From assembly GCA_000091205.1 (NCBI GenBank), contig AP006489.2: DNA of 64,000 nt; one strand, written 5' to 3'. The DNA is from Cyanidioschyzon merolae. Taxonomy: Eukaryota. The notes below the pieces were generated by a model, which was given only the letters and a program-made list of their open reading frames with translations, ran no database searches and had not been told where the DNA came from. This document shows positions 1 through 10,571 of this stretch, in pieces; position 1 is the stretch's first letter, and every line of letters starts with the position of its first letter. The position numbers were made by a program, and so were the translations under genes.

Positions 1-2638
1 CCACCTCGTTGAACAAGATGACGAACGCACTGTTCTTGACTTTGTGCAATCGTTACTGTTGGTGGCCAGAGCGTGGTCTCATGTACACGCCCAAGAAATC
101 GCCCAATCATCCATCAAGACGCTCGTGTATTCTCTGAATCGTAGAATCACATCGATCAGTCGAACGAGTTATGGTACGCGATGGGGAACGTACAACGCCA
201 ACGGGGTGTGCTTCATAAATTGCTCGATTTTCGGAACGTATTCCTTGTTGAATTGTTTCAGAGGAACGGGATGTACGACGATTTCAGAATGGTACTTCAG
301 CTCCGACACTTTTTCTATATCTCCTGGTCATTTTGTGGAAGAATCACTGTTATCTTCGTACGGCGCTTGCTTTGACTCGTTCTCTTCCTGGCCGGGTAAC
401 ATGGGTGCATGCGCTTTACTACATATCCGTATTATTCCGTGGTATTTTTGCACAACGGGTGATCCCTCGCACTGAATCTCGCCTATTGCATAGGTATATC
501 TACAATGGTTTAAATACGCTCTCGTCATCGTAACCGTCGCGAGTACGTCCACAGATCGGAACGCGGCGTGCCGCTTTCCTCATGCACGAGAAAAGATGTA
601 GCGGAGTAGTTCAGAATAGGTAAAGATACAGAAAAATTCGTGTAGGGGCTGAAGTATGGAGATTAATACAATTCTCGGTTGATCCGCGAGCGTGAGAATT
701 GCGTTTGACAACAGGGAGAACGGCTTTCTCTCGATTTATCTGGGGAGAAACAGCTAAGACGAAGAGCAGCTTAACGCCAGTCTCAGCCGCGCACTCCTTG
801 ATCGCTTTTTAGTGATGAAAAGGGACGTTCTCTAAGAGCAAGAGACAGGAATATGCGATGGGGTAGCCTCGATGCGTGCTTCAACGAAGGATGAGATGCC
901 GCATGATCCACTTCTTTGGGGAGTTGTAGGCGGGCACACGACAGTATCGACATTATGACTGAAGTTGTCGTCATTCTCGCTTGCTTCTTTTTAACGAGCA
1001 GAATTTTGACCCTTTTTGAGTACCCATGTAGAGTTCAATCAAATATCCCGAAAAAGATCTCATCGAGTGAGAAGAATGCGCGCCGATCCCGCAAGAAGTG
1101 TTGGCGTTGCAGCACGAAGACGTTCGTGTGTTCTTCCACCCGCAACGGTCTCTCACAGCAGCGAACTATCTTTTTTCGTCCGTTCATGTCTCTTCATCAT
1201 TATGCATATCGACGGTATGGAATCTTTAATTATGTATCTTAATTGACAGTATTTTCTAGAGAACGCTTTTCGTGGAATGCTTTGACGAAGTCACCGTCCT
1301 GAAGATAGGAACTAAGAAGTTCTGCCTCGGGTGCACGACGTTCAGATTAAGGATGCTGAGAAGGATTGCTCACCTACCTGCCTAATCAAGAATGACCGAC
1401 ATGGAAAAGCAGCGCCGATTTTCGGAAGCTAGCTGTGACAGCGTGCGTCTTTCGGCGAAACTTTTCCAGTCTATAGGATACGTCACTTTTACTGAATGTT
1501 TGCAAGAAATAGCAAACAAAAACAAATAGGATATGCAGGTATAGGTGCTCCAGAATACACTGCTCGGAATATAACAGTGGCATCCCGAACGGATCCATGC
1601 ATCGGCGGCTGCATTTCCGGAATAGCACTTGCGAGACACGACGCGGCCGTGTTGATCAATGGTGAACGCTTTCCGTGTGCTTTCGGCCTCTGTGAATGGC
1701 GCACACGCTCTAGTGCGTCCAAGAAATGATGGGTTTTATGCAGGTCAACGCACTCAATGTCCCGCATAGGTGAGAGTCTTTACGGATAAGCGGTTTCCGT
1801 TATCGACCCGGTCAGGCGTGAACAACCCGATACGATTACGCTCCGCACAGTATTTTTACATGCTGCCCGCATGTTTTCTAGATGGCCTGCCCATGCCAGT
1901 AAGCATGCAAAAAAGACTCGTATTCGGATGCGAATGTTTCGAGAAAGATCCACCACAAAAAAGCTTGAAGCGTTTCAGTGGCGCAGTTTGCTACTCATGC
2001 ACACGTGGAAGCTCGTCGAGACGAGTCTACCTAGGCCGCGCATTCTATGCAGAAACTCACCCTCTGATCAAGTTGCTTTCCGCACCATCATCAGATGGCC
2101 CTGTGCATGCAATGAAGGATGACGAAATACACAAAATCGGATGCAGACGGTATGCGCCGGTCGTCGAAAGCCAAACAAGCTCCAAACCGATCAAGTGAAG
2201 GAGTCAAGCTTGATCGCTCCCGCCATGCGCCCCGCCCTGACCTCGCAGTGGACACAAAGCACTCCGAGGAAACAGCATTGTTTCGTGACCGACGTGCAAA
2301 CCAGCCCGCGTTGCTGGCGATCGCGTGCATGTGTAGCATACTGAGTCTTGGGATACGCTTCCGTCCTATGCAGATCCGAATGGAACCGGGAGCAGTATAA
2401 GGACCGTGCCATTCTCGCCATATGCTCCGCCAAGGCCGGTATCCGAACGTCTTTGCCAACCATTCGCGAAACAAGAACCCAGTATTGACTGGAGTCGCAG
2501 ACCAGTCGGGTCCCCTAGGCGAAAACTTTGTATAATATGGACAGGAAAACTGCCGCGCCGCCTTTCGCACCAGCGCTGGTGCCTTGACACTCATGAACGA
2601 CGCCTGATAGCTGTGCAATCCGACAGCTTGTTTGTGAT

Positions 2639-2896
2639 CTACACTTTGGCATCTGCACGCGATGATGAGGTTTGCGATTTTACCTGCTCAAGCTGCGCCC
2701 GCAAGCGCTCCAGTTCCGTCTCCACTCGCAGAGCGCGCTGGTCCACGTTGTGAATCTCCTCCTCCATACCACTAAAAGTCTCGCGGACGAGCGCGTTTGC
2801 CTTCAAAATATCATAGTGCAGGCGCAGAAACCCAAGTCCACCAGTAACCGTTGCACCCAAACAGAAAGCTGCGAGCCTGGAACGAAAGCTTGCCAT
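2639..2896 (-). CDS. small hypothetical protein (one TM helix then a coiled coil), about 85 aa
   Basis: Sub-ORF of the 2639..3151(-) track ORF, starting at MASFRSRLAAFCLGATVTGGLGFL (hydrophobic helix) followed by a heptad-like EEIHNVDQRALRVETELERLRAQLEQ. No family recognised. Lies in an otherwise ORF-poor region. Confidence 0.2.
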   Translation of the reverse strand: MASFRSRLAAFCLGATVTGGLGFLRLHYDILKANALVRETFSGMEEEIHNVDQRALRVETELERLRAQLEQVKSQTSSSRADAKV

Positions 2897-5439
2897 GGTA
2901 GTGTCAGTAGACAACTGCGTTGCCAGTGCTGCCGCGTTGCTGGCGACACGCCCGCCATTGCGTTGCGCGCTATGCCCACATGGCGTTAAGATCGGTGTGC
3001 TCTCGTCTTTCCACTCAAGTCTGTGACACTCCTGCTGCGCTTTAGAGCAGGGGATCGAAATCATGAAGCAATGTACAGTATAGAGCGTAGACGAATTGCG
3101 TGTAGGGTATATTTTTTTAATGAACAGTTCAAGAAAGACCGCATTCCTCATTCGGTTGAGTCATAACCCAGTACTCAGATGAATGACGAGCACAGAAAGA
3201 GGATATGCGCTCCGCGCCAAAAATCGATACGCTCAAAGACTGGGTGCGGTCAATGGCAGAAAACGAGTCGTCGATCACCTTGCAGAATGCAAACGTGTCG
3301 ATAGTAGCCGCGACGGTAGTCTCTGTTTCTCAAGTGCGTGTTCGTGTGCTCTGAAAGACTGGGATACAGTCTCAAAAAAGGAGTCCTAGTTCACGCACGA
3401 ACAGCTTTGACCGAAATCGCAACTACAACAAAGTTCCTCGAGAGTTGCCATCGATATGAAGCACAGCAACGTCGATTTCTTTTTCCAGACGATGAGAGTT
3501 TCTTCAGATGAAACGGTTGGAATGTATTTGGGTATTCGCGGAGAAGGAGCCATTTTAATATACGATGGAGCTCGAAGAGAAGGCTAGTACAACGGCACCA
3601 ACCACTTTGTCGGATCATAGCAGACTTTTCCCTTGACGTCTAATAATACCCTTCTATGGGACAACGTGGTATTTCACCATTCCTCTTCCGTTTGAGCATT
3701 TGCAGATTATATCGGGCAAGAGCTGCTTTTCATTCTTCCGTAAACTCCGCGGTTCAACCCCAACGAATGAAAGTTTCATATCGTGAAACGAAAGGATCGC
3801 TCCGCTGGGCGCATTGCTGGAGCGCTCAGCAAACTATGCCACACACAGAGACATATTTTTGTCTTTCTTCCACAAGTCTTTCACCATCCAAGCAGGTCCT
3901 CACCTTAAGACATAAACAAGTGCATTCATTCTCGAGAAATAAAAAAACCAAGGCATGAGCTCGTGTGCAGTCTTCAGAAGATCGAGACGAAGAGCAGGCA
4001 ACGGAGTTCTTCGATGATAGACAAGCACGGAGAGGCGACAGAGCACCAAATGGCATAGAGGGCGCGACTTCAAGGAATACTCGCTTTGGTGAGTCTAAGC
4101 AGTGGCAATAACCCCTTGAGTTCGAGAACCGAGAATTTAATGCAGCTATTTATATCAGGAAATGTGCGGTGCCTAGGACGAGACCCGCGGAGCTGATACG
4201 AGACAAGTTTGTGGAGCAGTCTCTCGAGGTCGAATCGTAAAAGGAGAAACTGAAGCCGATCGCAGGATCGGTCGAAAAAGGCTGGGAGTCGTCTGTACTT
4301 AGGTATTAACTTACCCTACGTAGTTGCGCGACCTGTTTGTTTCACTGGCATGTATGCTCTAGCGATAGCCCGTACGTTCCGCAGCAATATTACTGGGAGT
4401 GAAAAAACAGCAGGCAGTCATCGAACGTTCGGGAGCGTATGAATGGCAGGGTACGGTTAAGCTCAAGGTTCGGCGCTTGCACAACTCCATAACGGCGAGG
4501 GTCGTGCCAGTGATCCGACAGGGTACACCAGCTGGCAGTATGTGATTTTGTCATGCGCCCCGATCCTGCCAGGCGAAATGCAAGGGTCAGCCGTCAAGGT
4601 ACATTTAGACGCAGCATGCGCGATGCCTCTACCAAGATCACCGGATCCGTCGAACGAAGCAGACACCATAAGTTAGACAACGACGGCAGCATGGCAATAT
4701 ACTGAACTGTCATCAGTGCCCGCCGATGACGCCGGATAAAAGCAGAATTCAAATCTGTTCCTCATTCCAGCGTCCGTGCGGCATGCATAACAAGAATCGG
4801 GAATAAACGTATATTATTCGTACTCGGGTACACGACTACACCTACTTTGTGTACGATAAATACAACTATCGAAACTCCTAATGACTAGGTTGATGCATGC
4901 CTTACCCACAAAAGCGCAAGATGCTACGATGGCTACGCGTGTGCTGGAGTCATCGCTGAGTTTTGTGCCAGGCCCCAGCATCCCCTTGTATGCTAGGGTA
5001 GTACGGCGATGGGCAGTAGTTTCGGCACCAGCGACAGAGCCGAGCGCAGGAGATCACTCTACGTGAGTTTCCGATCTAGGACACCTGATTTCCGATGCAG
5101 TGCGTCGGTGAGAACACGCATGTGCTAATGCGACGTCGGACACGTGTCCTTCATCGATCCGTGTAGCGTCTCGCGCGGTGCACGCATCGCGGTCAGTGAG
5201 TGCACCTGGCAGAGCTGGCAGTAGTCAACTGGCACGACGCGCACGCCGCCGCCGTTGAAGGGAAACGCGATCTTGATCAGTTGCGTGTCGTTCAGCTGTA
5301 AAAGTCAGATTTTCGTGAGCTTCATATCCAAGTATAGTTTTGATTTCAATTGTGTTTCAAACCTCAAACAAGTGTATTCAAGCGTTTTTTCGCAGTATAT
5401 AACAGAAGCGTTCAAAGAACGTTCTTTTTCAAAAAAAGT

Positions 5440-7750
5440 CTAAAAAAGGAAAGTTATGAAAAAGCAAGTCGACGATCCTGGAGGCCCAGGGTCGCCGGCT
5501 GCCAGAGAAAAAAAACAAAAAACAGTGCCGAGTCCGGAAAAAAAGGAAGATAAGAAGGACCGAAGAGGGGAGGCCCTACGTCGAAGGCGGCAAGAAAGAC
5601 ACCTGTACGACGAAATGGTAGTGAAAGCCGGTCTTCTTGGACATATCAAGGATTCGTACAGGGAAAAGTTGCGAGGCGCCATCAAAAAACGTGCCTAGTC
5701 GTACTCCAAGCGTATTGCCAGGGCGTCGTCAGGACTGATGCATTTGGCGAGGGAGATGTATCGCGATGTGACGCACATGGAAACAGTCGAGATTCCAGAG
5801 GGAGTTTTCGGCAACCTTTATTCGACACCTGATGGTTGGCGCAGGGAACACGCGGAGGGAAAATGTGCTAGTGCATGCCCTCCACGAAAAACACCCCTTT
5901 TACAGCTTCGAGGGTACTCGCTACAAGGGTGACCGGGATATGTACACCTACGGGGCGAAGAAGTACCTCACGAACCTGAAGAACCATCTGACAATGGACC
6001 TCGAACGTTTCATGATACGCGCCGTGGTTGCACTCTACCCGCGCATCTCTCGCAATGGAAAATGGACGATTATCAATGGCATCATGAAAGATCGCAAGCG
6101 TGAAGATGAGGTCGAATTTGTCGACAAGAAGGCGTCAAAAGTGAGCACGAATGAAGCTTCTGCGATCCGTACGGTTATACAAGAGCATCGTGCGGTACTG
6201 GGGCTACCGAATCCAACAGACAAGGTATCAGAGTTGAGCAAAGATCAGGAAAGATACGATCGCCTCATTCTGTGCTATTTCGTGTTTCTGGACCGAGAGC
6301 TCGAAGGCAAGGCAGCGGTGATGCTGCGTGAAGAGACAAATGAAGAGTGGGAGAGACGGAAGGATTTCCTAATGGGGAAGCGCTTCAACGTAGTCCCATT
6401 GTCCAATATCAAGTCACATTTTGGGACTATCGACTCCGGAATCCTTCATGGCATCATGAAGGAGATCTGTTCGGAGTTCAACGTTAGCAGGGAGGACTTC
6501 GCCGGCGAGAACCGGGAGACGTACTGGAAGAATATCTTCAATTTTAAACGTCTGAGAGTGAGCAAGCAAAACTTGTTCACTTTGATGATTGAAACCGATG
6601 GAGTAGCCTTGTGTATACACTATCGGCGGTTGAAGAGAGCCCGGCCAGTCCCTCCCTCGGCTGCGCCCGTCACGAAGGATGAAGACAAGGAGAAGGCGGG
6701 TCCTGCGACGCAGGAGGTAGAGGATAACGACCTTGTCGTTGGCGCAGCGAAGCATGAGGAAAACAAAGAGGAGGATCCTGCGACGCAAGAGGTAGAGAAT
6801 AACGACTTTGTCGTTGGCGCGGACCCCGGAAACACAAATATCATAACCATCGCAGTACCCCAGCGTGCGGAATACGGTACGCACAGTAAATTACGTCAGA
6901 ACGACATGCGTCGTTTGAGGTTCTCGAGAGCGAGATACTACCGAGAATCCGGTATAATGAATGCAAGGAAGAAAATCGAGATAGAGAATGCTGGATTGAA
7001 GAAGCACCTGGAAGCTATGAGCAAGGTGACGAGCCGCGCAGCGGACTTTGAAGCTTTTCTGAAATGCATGGATGTTCATGTTGCTCCTTGGGAGGCGCTG
7101 TGGGAAGAGTATACAAAGCCCCGGTGGGCTCGTTTGCGTATGAATCCGTATTGTGGTAAGCAGCGGGCGTTCGCGAATTTTTTCAATGAGTTGAGTGCCT
7201 TGAAGGAGCATGAAAGTCAGAGGCTCGTAGTAGCATACGGAGCGGGGCGCTGGAAGACCCACAAAGGGACTCCGCCAGCTCCAACGACAAGAACGTACAA
7301 GGAGAATGCACGGCGTTTTGTTACGATACGGATAGATGAGTTCCGAACGTCCGATACACACCGTGAGCTGGAGTGTACACTTCAAAGGGTCGAGATGGAA
7401 AAGCGCCAGGGGAGTCCTGAAGACATAGCAAAGTACGGACCGCTGCCGGAGGTGCAAATGGAGAGGAGAACAAAAGTGCGAGGGCTACTCGCATTCGTAA
7501 GTACAACCAACGACGGCAAGAAACGTATGCGGTTTGTGAACCAAGACTTTAACGCCGCCGTCAATATACGGAGATGCGCGGCGATTGAGAAAAGACCTCC
7601 ACAGCAGACAAGAGAGAACTTTGTTGGACAACCTCTCAAAGTCCAACTATATGAGAAAAAGTTGAAACCAGTGGTGGGTGGCCTGCCCAGCAAGGCTGGG
7701 ATGCGTCTGCCCGTCAGCTGGAGACTGCTTGTCCGGGGCGCGTTCGCCGC
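5440..7750 (+). mobile_element. Fanzor/TnpB-like (OMEGA-type RuvC nuclease) transposon-derived element, copy 1. Boundaries approximate.
   Basis: Nucleotide and protein homology to a second copy at 62180..63986 starts near 5440. The encoded protein has a K/R-rich N-terminus, '[17 protein letters not shown]' (GxDxG, RuvC-I-like, Asp near 6822), 'FFNEL' (candidate RuvC-II Glu near 7188), 'RRFVTIRIDEFRTSDTH..EC' (TnpB-like '..P.YTS..C..C' zinc-finger lead-in, Cys partly replaced) and 'RMRFVNQDFNAAVNIRRCAA' (canonical TnpB/Fanzor RuvC-III, Asp near 7545). The right end is not defined. Confidence 0.6.
5456..7680 (+). pseudogene. Fanzor/TnpB-like nuclease coding region, interrupted (copy 1)
   Basis: Track ORFs 5456..5698 and 5738..5932 are in the same frame, separated by a single TAG at 5696-5698. 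A +1/-1 frameshift near 5825 then joins to the 5832..9404 ORF. Copy 2 reads continuously across that second point, so these are lesions or sequencing errors. The RuvC-like motifs downstream are intact, and Met5832 could still give an N-terminally truncated product. Confidence 0.55.
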
Positions 7751-7829
7751 CACTACTGTGCACCACTGGCGGCAGCGTTTTTCTTTAGACAGGCTTTTGT
7801 TTTCGCTGCCGTCGTCCTCCAGAAGCAAA

Positions 7830-9404
7830 ATGAACGCTGAACCAGGTGTTCCCAACTCGGACCACAACCGCACACGACAAATGCCTGGTGGGAACACAAC
7901 CGAGCAGGACGCACTCGCCGATCGCTTGCTTCGCTTTCTCGATGCGTCACCGTCTCCGTACCACGCAGTCGAGACCGCAAAACTGCTTCTAGAAACAGCT
8001 GGCTATACTGAGCTTCGGGAGGACTGTTCCTGGTTGGGGCGAGTTCATCCCGGAGGACGCTATTATACGACACGCAACGAGTCAACAATCGTTGCCTTTC
8101 GAGTGGGGCGAGCGTTTCACGTCGACGCGGTGAACGGCGGTGAGCTCCGACTCGTTGGCGCGCACACCGACTCGCCGTGCTTTCGAGTCAAACCACGAAG
8201 TCGCGTGAGCGACGCAAATTATGAAAAAGTTGCAGTCGAGTGCTACGGGGGCGGCCTCTGGTACACCTGGTTCGATCGCGACCTCAAGTGTGCTGGGCGG
8301 GTCATCTGGCGCTGTGCGTCCCCAACGGACCCGGCACAGGGCACCAGCCGATCGACCAGTTGGCAGTGCACACTCGTTCATGTACGGGAACCCATTTTGA
8401 GAATTCCATCATTGGCAATCCACTTAGATCGAGAAGTGAATCAGGGCTTCGCCCCGAACCGACAAACGCATTTGGTGCCGGTTGCCGCCACCGCATTGAA
8501 CAGAACAAAGTTGCCACAGTGTCAAGAGCGCCATGCCACTGCACTTACGGGAGCAGTTATTCACACTCTTCAACAGGACATCATGCCCGTTAAAGAAGAT
8601 CCGATGAGCATCACGCGTGATGCAGGCGGTATCGTTATTCATGACTTTGACCTCTGTTTGGCAGACGCACAGCCAGCGAGCATTGGTGGCGTTCAGCGGG
8701 AGTTCATCTTCGCTTCGCGTCTAGACAACCTGTTTTCCTGTTTCGCGGCACTCGAAGCGCTCCTCTCCCTGGATTCCGAGGCTGGGGTGGAAAGCGGTGC
8801 CGAGTCGGCGGTCTGCATGGTTGCGCTTTTCGACCATGAGGAGTGCGGTAGCGGTAGTGCGCAAGGCGCTGCGTCTCCGCTTGTCAGCGACCTGATTCGA
8901 CGTGTTCTAGCGTGTTTATGGACGGGGAAAACGGATGCAGGCGCTTTCGAGGACGCTGTTCAATACACGATCCGCCGCTCATTCTTGATCAGTCTCGATA
9001 TGGCGCATGCTGTCCATCCAAACTACGCGGAAAAGCATGAGAGTGGCCATCAGCCGCTCTTAGGCCATGGCCCTGTTCTGAAAGTCAACGCAAACCAGCG
9101 GTATGCAACTGACGGGTGGAGCGCTCATCTCCTCCGCGCTGTTGCCGAATGCTGTGATTCACCTATACCGCTGCAGGAGTACGTTGTGCGGAACGATATG
9201 CCTTGCGGCAGCACCATTGGACCCATTGTAGCTGCTGGTACCGGCGTACGAACTGTTGATGTAGGTGCACCAAGTCTTTCAATGCACTCGATTCGGGAAA
9301 TGGCGCATGTACGAGATCTATGGTACACCGTCAAGCTTTTGCAAGCGTTCATGCGATGTTTCGGTGAGGTCCGGGCGTCGCATAATACAGCGTGCGTGAC
9401 GTAG
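7830..9404 (+). CDS. aspartyl aminopeptidase (peptidase family M18)
   Basis: 'LLRFLDASPSPYHAVETAKLLLETAGYTEL', 'LRLVGAHTDSPCFRVKP', 'GGGLWYTWFDRDL', 'LFDHEECGSGSAQGAAS', 'SLDMAHAVHPNY' and 'MPCGSTIGPI' are the hallmark M18 (DNPEP/Ape4) blocks. The start is chosen at MNAEPG (7830); MPGGNT (about 7881) is an alternative. The track ORF 5832..9404 fuses this gene in-frame to the upstream Fanzor-like element. Confidence 0.8.
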   Translation: MNAEPGVPNSDHNRTRQMPGGNTTEQDALADRLLRFLDASPSPYHAVETAKLLLETAGYTELREDCSWLGRVHPGGRYYTTRNESTIVAFRVGRAFHVDAVNGGELRLVGAHTDSPCFRVKPRSRVSDANYEKVAVECYGGGLWYTWFDRDLKCAGRVIWRCASPTDPAQGTSRSTSWQCTLVHVREPILRIPSLAIHLDREVNQGFAPNRQTHLVPVAATALNRTKLPQCQERHATALTGAVIHTLQQDIMPVKEDPMSITRDAGGIVIHDFDLCLADAQPASIGGVQREFIFASRLDNLFSCFAALEALLSLDSEAGVESGAESAVCMVALFDHEECGSGSAQGAASPLVSDLIRRVLACLWTGKTDAGAFEDAVQYTIRRSFLISLDMAHAVHPNYAEKHESGHQPLLGHGPVLKVNANQRYATDGWSAHLLRAVAECCDSPIPLQEYVVRNDMPCGSTIGPIVAAGTGVRTVDVGAPSLSMHSIREMAHVRDLWYTVKLLQAFMRCFGEVRASHNTACVT

Positions 9405-10331
9405 GTGCACAGATGGGGAATTACCGTTCGAAACGCGCACAAATGATGAGCTGACCGTGAATGATACGTAAAGAGAGTCCGTTGCACGATCTGCTGTCGA
9501 TTTCTGTACGCTACGAGCTACAGGCAGACTTTTATAGCGCACCCGTTTCGCGGAGACATCCAGCATTGCATATGCAGGGAAAACCTGTTCCACGAAACCG
9601 TCGCAAAGCTTGTTCGCTTTCGCTCTTGATCAAAAAAGCCCAGGTCACGAGCGCGGTCGTGCAAGACGCCAGCAACAACCCACCATGGTCAAAAGATGGA
9701 TCCGCAGCTTGATCGAGCAACATCCGATCGAGGTTCGCCGCTGTCAAGACACCTTTGACGCCACGAATCGACCGCTGTGGTGCGTCTGTCTCCAAAGTGG
9801 CTCCAGAAGTCAGGCTCGCCGGCAAAAAAGCATCCTCGATACCAGTAATCGACCGCAACGGGAGGTGCTGCATACGACTCTGTCCGAGAGAAACCAAATC
9901 GAATCCGTCGTTTCATCAGCAGCTTCAGTTGGTCGCGGGACAACGCAAAGCCCTTCTTACGTCCAGAAAAGCTCGTGCGGAATCAGCAGGGACACAGAAG
10001 CGACAGCCGTGGCGACAGCAGGGAGCGCAGCTTGCCGTGCAGCAGCCCCTGAAAGCCAGCGCTCGTCTCCGTCTGCGCCGTACGAGCTGACTGTTACGTG
10101 CAGCGAAGCCACAAAATACCAGCGATGGGTCAGTCGAGTTTTGCACGTAAAAAGATGCAAAAAGAGGAGCACATAAAGACTTCTCTAGCGCGGATAGACC
10201 GTGCGAAGGTAAGCTGTACGACGCTCTACCGAGAGCGCTCAAAAGTACTCCTGCCACAAACTGCTGTCCACCAGCAAATCTCTAGCGAATCGCAGCGACC
10301 TTGTACCACGCTTTCAAAGACGTTGCTCATC

Positions 10332-10571
10332 CTAAAAACGATCAGGGCCACCGCAACCACGAATCGCTGTTCCTACCGCAAGGAAGAAGCCAAACACAGC
10401 TGCTCCACCAAGGGTCGCCCGCGCCGCCAAACCAACGCGTTGCGCAACAGAAACACTTCGGTACCGCGAGGCCTCGTAGCCACCGAAGAGAGCGCCAAAG
10501 GTAGCTCCAACAGCACCACCTAGCATAGCGCCGTACTCGATCTTACGCAGGCATGCGTCGTTCAAGGCCAT
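10332..10571 (-). CDS. ROMO1/Mgr2-family small mitochondrial inner-membrane protein (79 aa)
   Basis: Sub-ORF of 10332..10919(-): MALNDACLRKIEYGAMLGGAVGATFGALFGG....RVGLAARATLGGAAVFGFFLAVGTAIRGCGG. The conserved Cys, the two glycine-zipper helices and the 'IRC' C-terminus match Romo1/Mgr2. ATG at 10571 (reverse complement of CAT 10569-10571). Confidence 0.55.
   Translation of the reverse strand: MALNDACLRKIEYGAMLGGAVGATFGALFGGYEASRYRSVSVAQRVGLAARATLGGAAVFGFFLAVGTAIRGCGGPDRF

Noticed and set aside
6414-6884. Antisense ORFs inside long genes (examples: 6414..6884(-), 7382..7897(-), 14161..14487(-), 24930..25493(+), 33144..33545(-), 40237..40674(+))
   Set aside because: These are shadow ORFs typical of GC-rich coding DNA. 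They lie opposite well-supported conserved genes and lack motifs.
5832-9404. A 1190-aa ORF reads as a single Fanzor-aminopeptidase fusion protein
   Set aside because: The two halves are unrelated complete units. The linker is domain-free, and at this GC content a stop-free run of about 60 codons is expected by chance. It is treated as an element insertion upstream of a separate gene rather than a real fusion.
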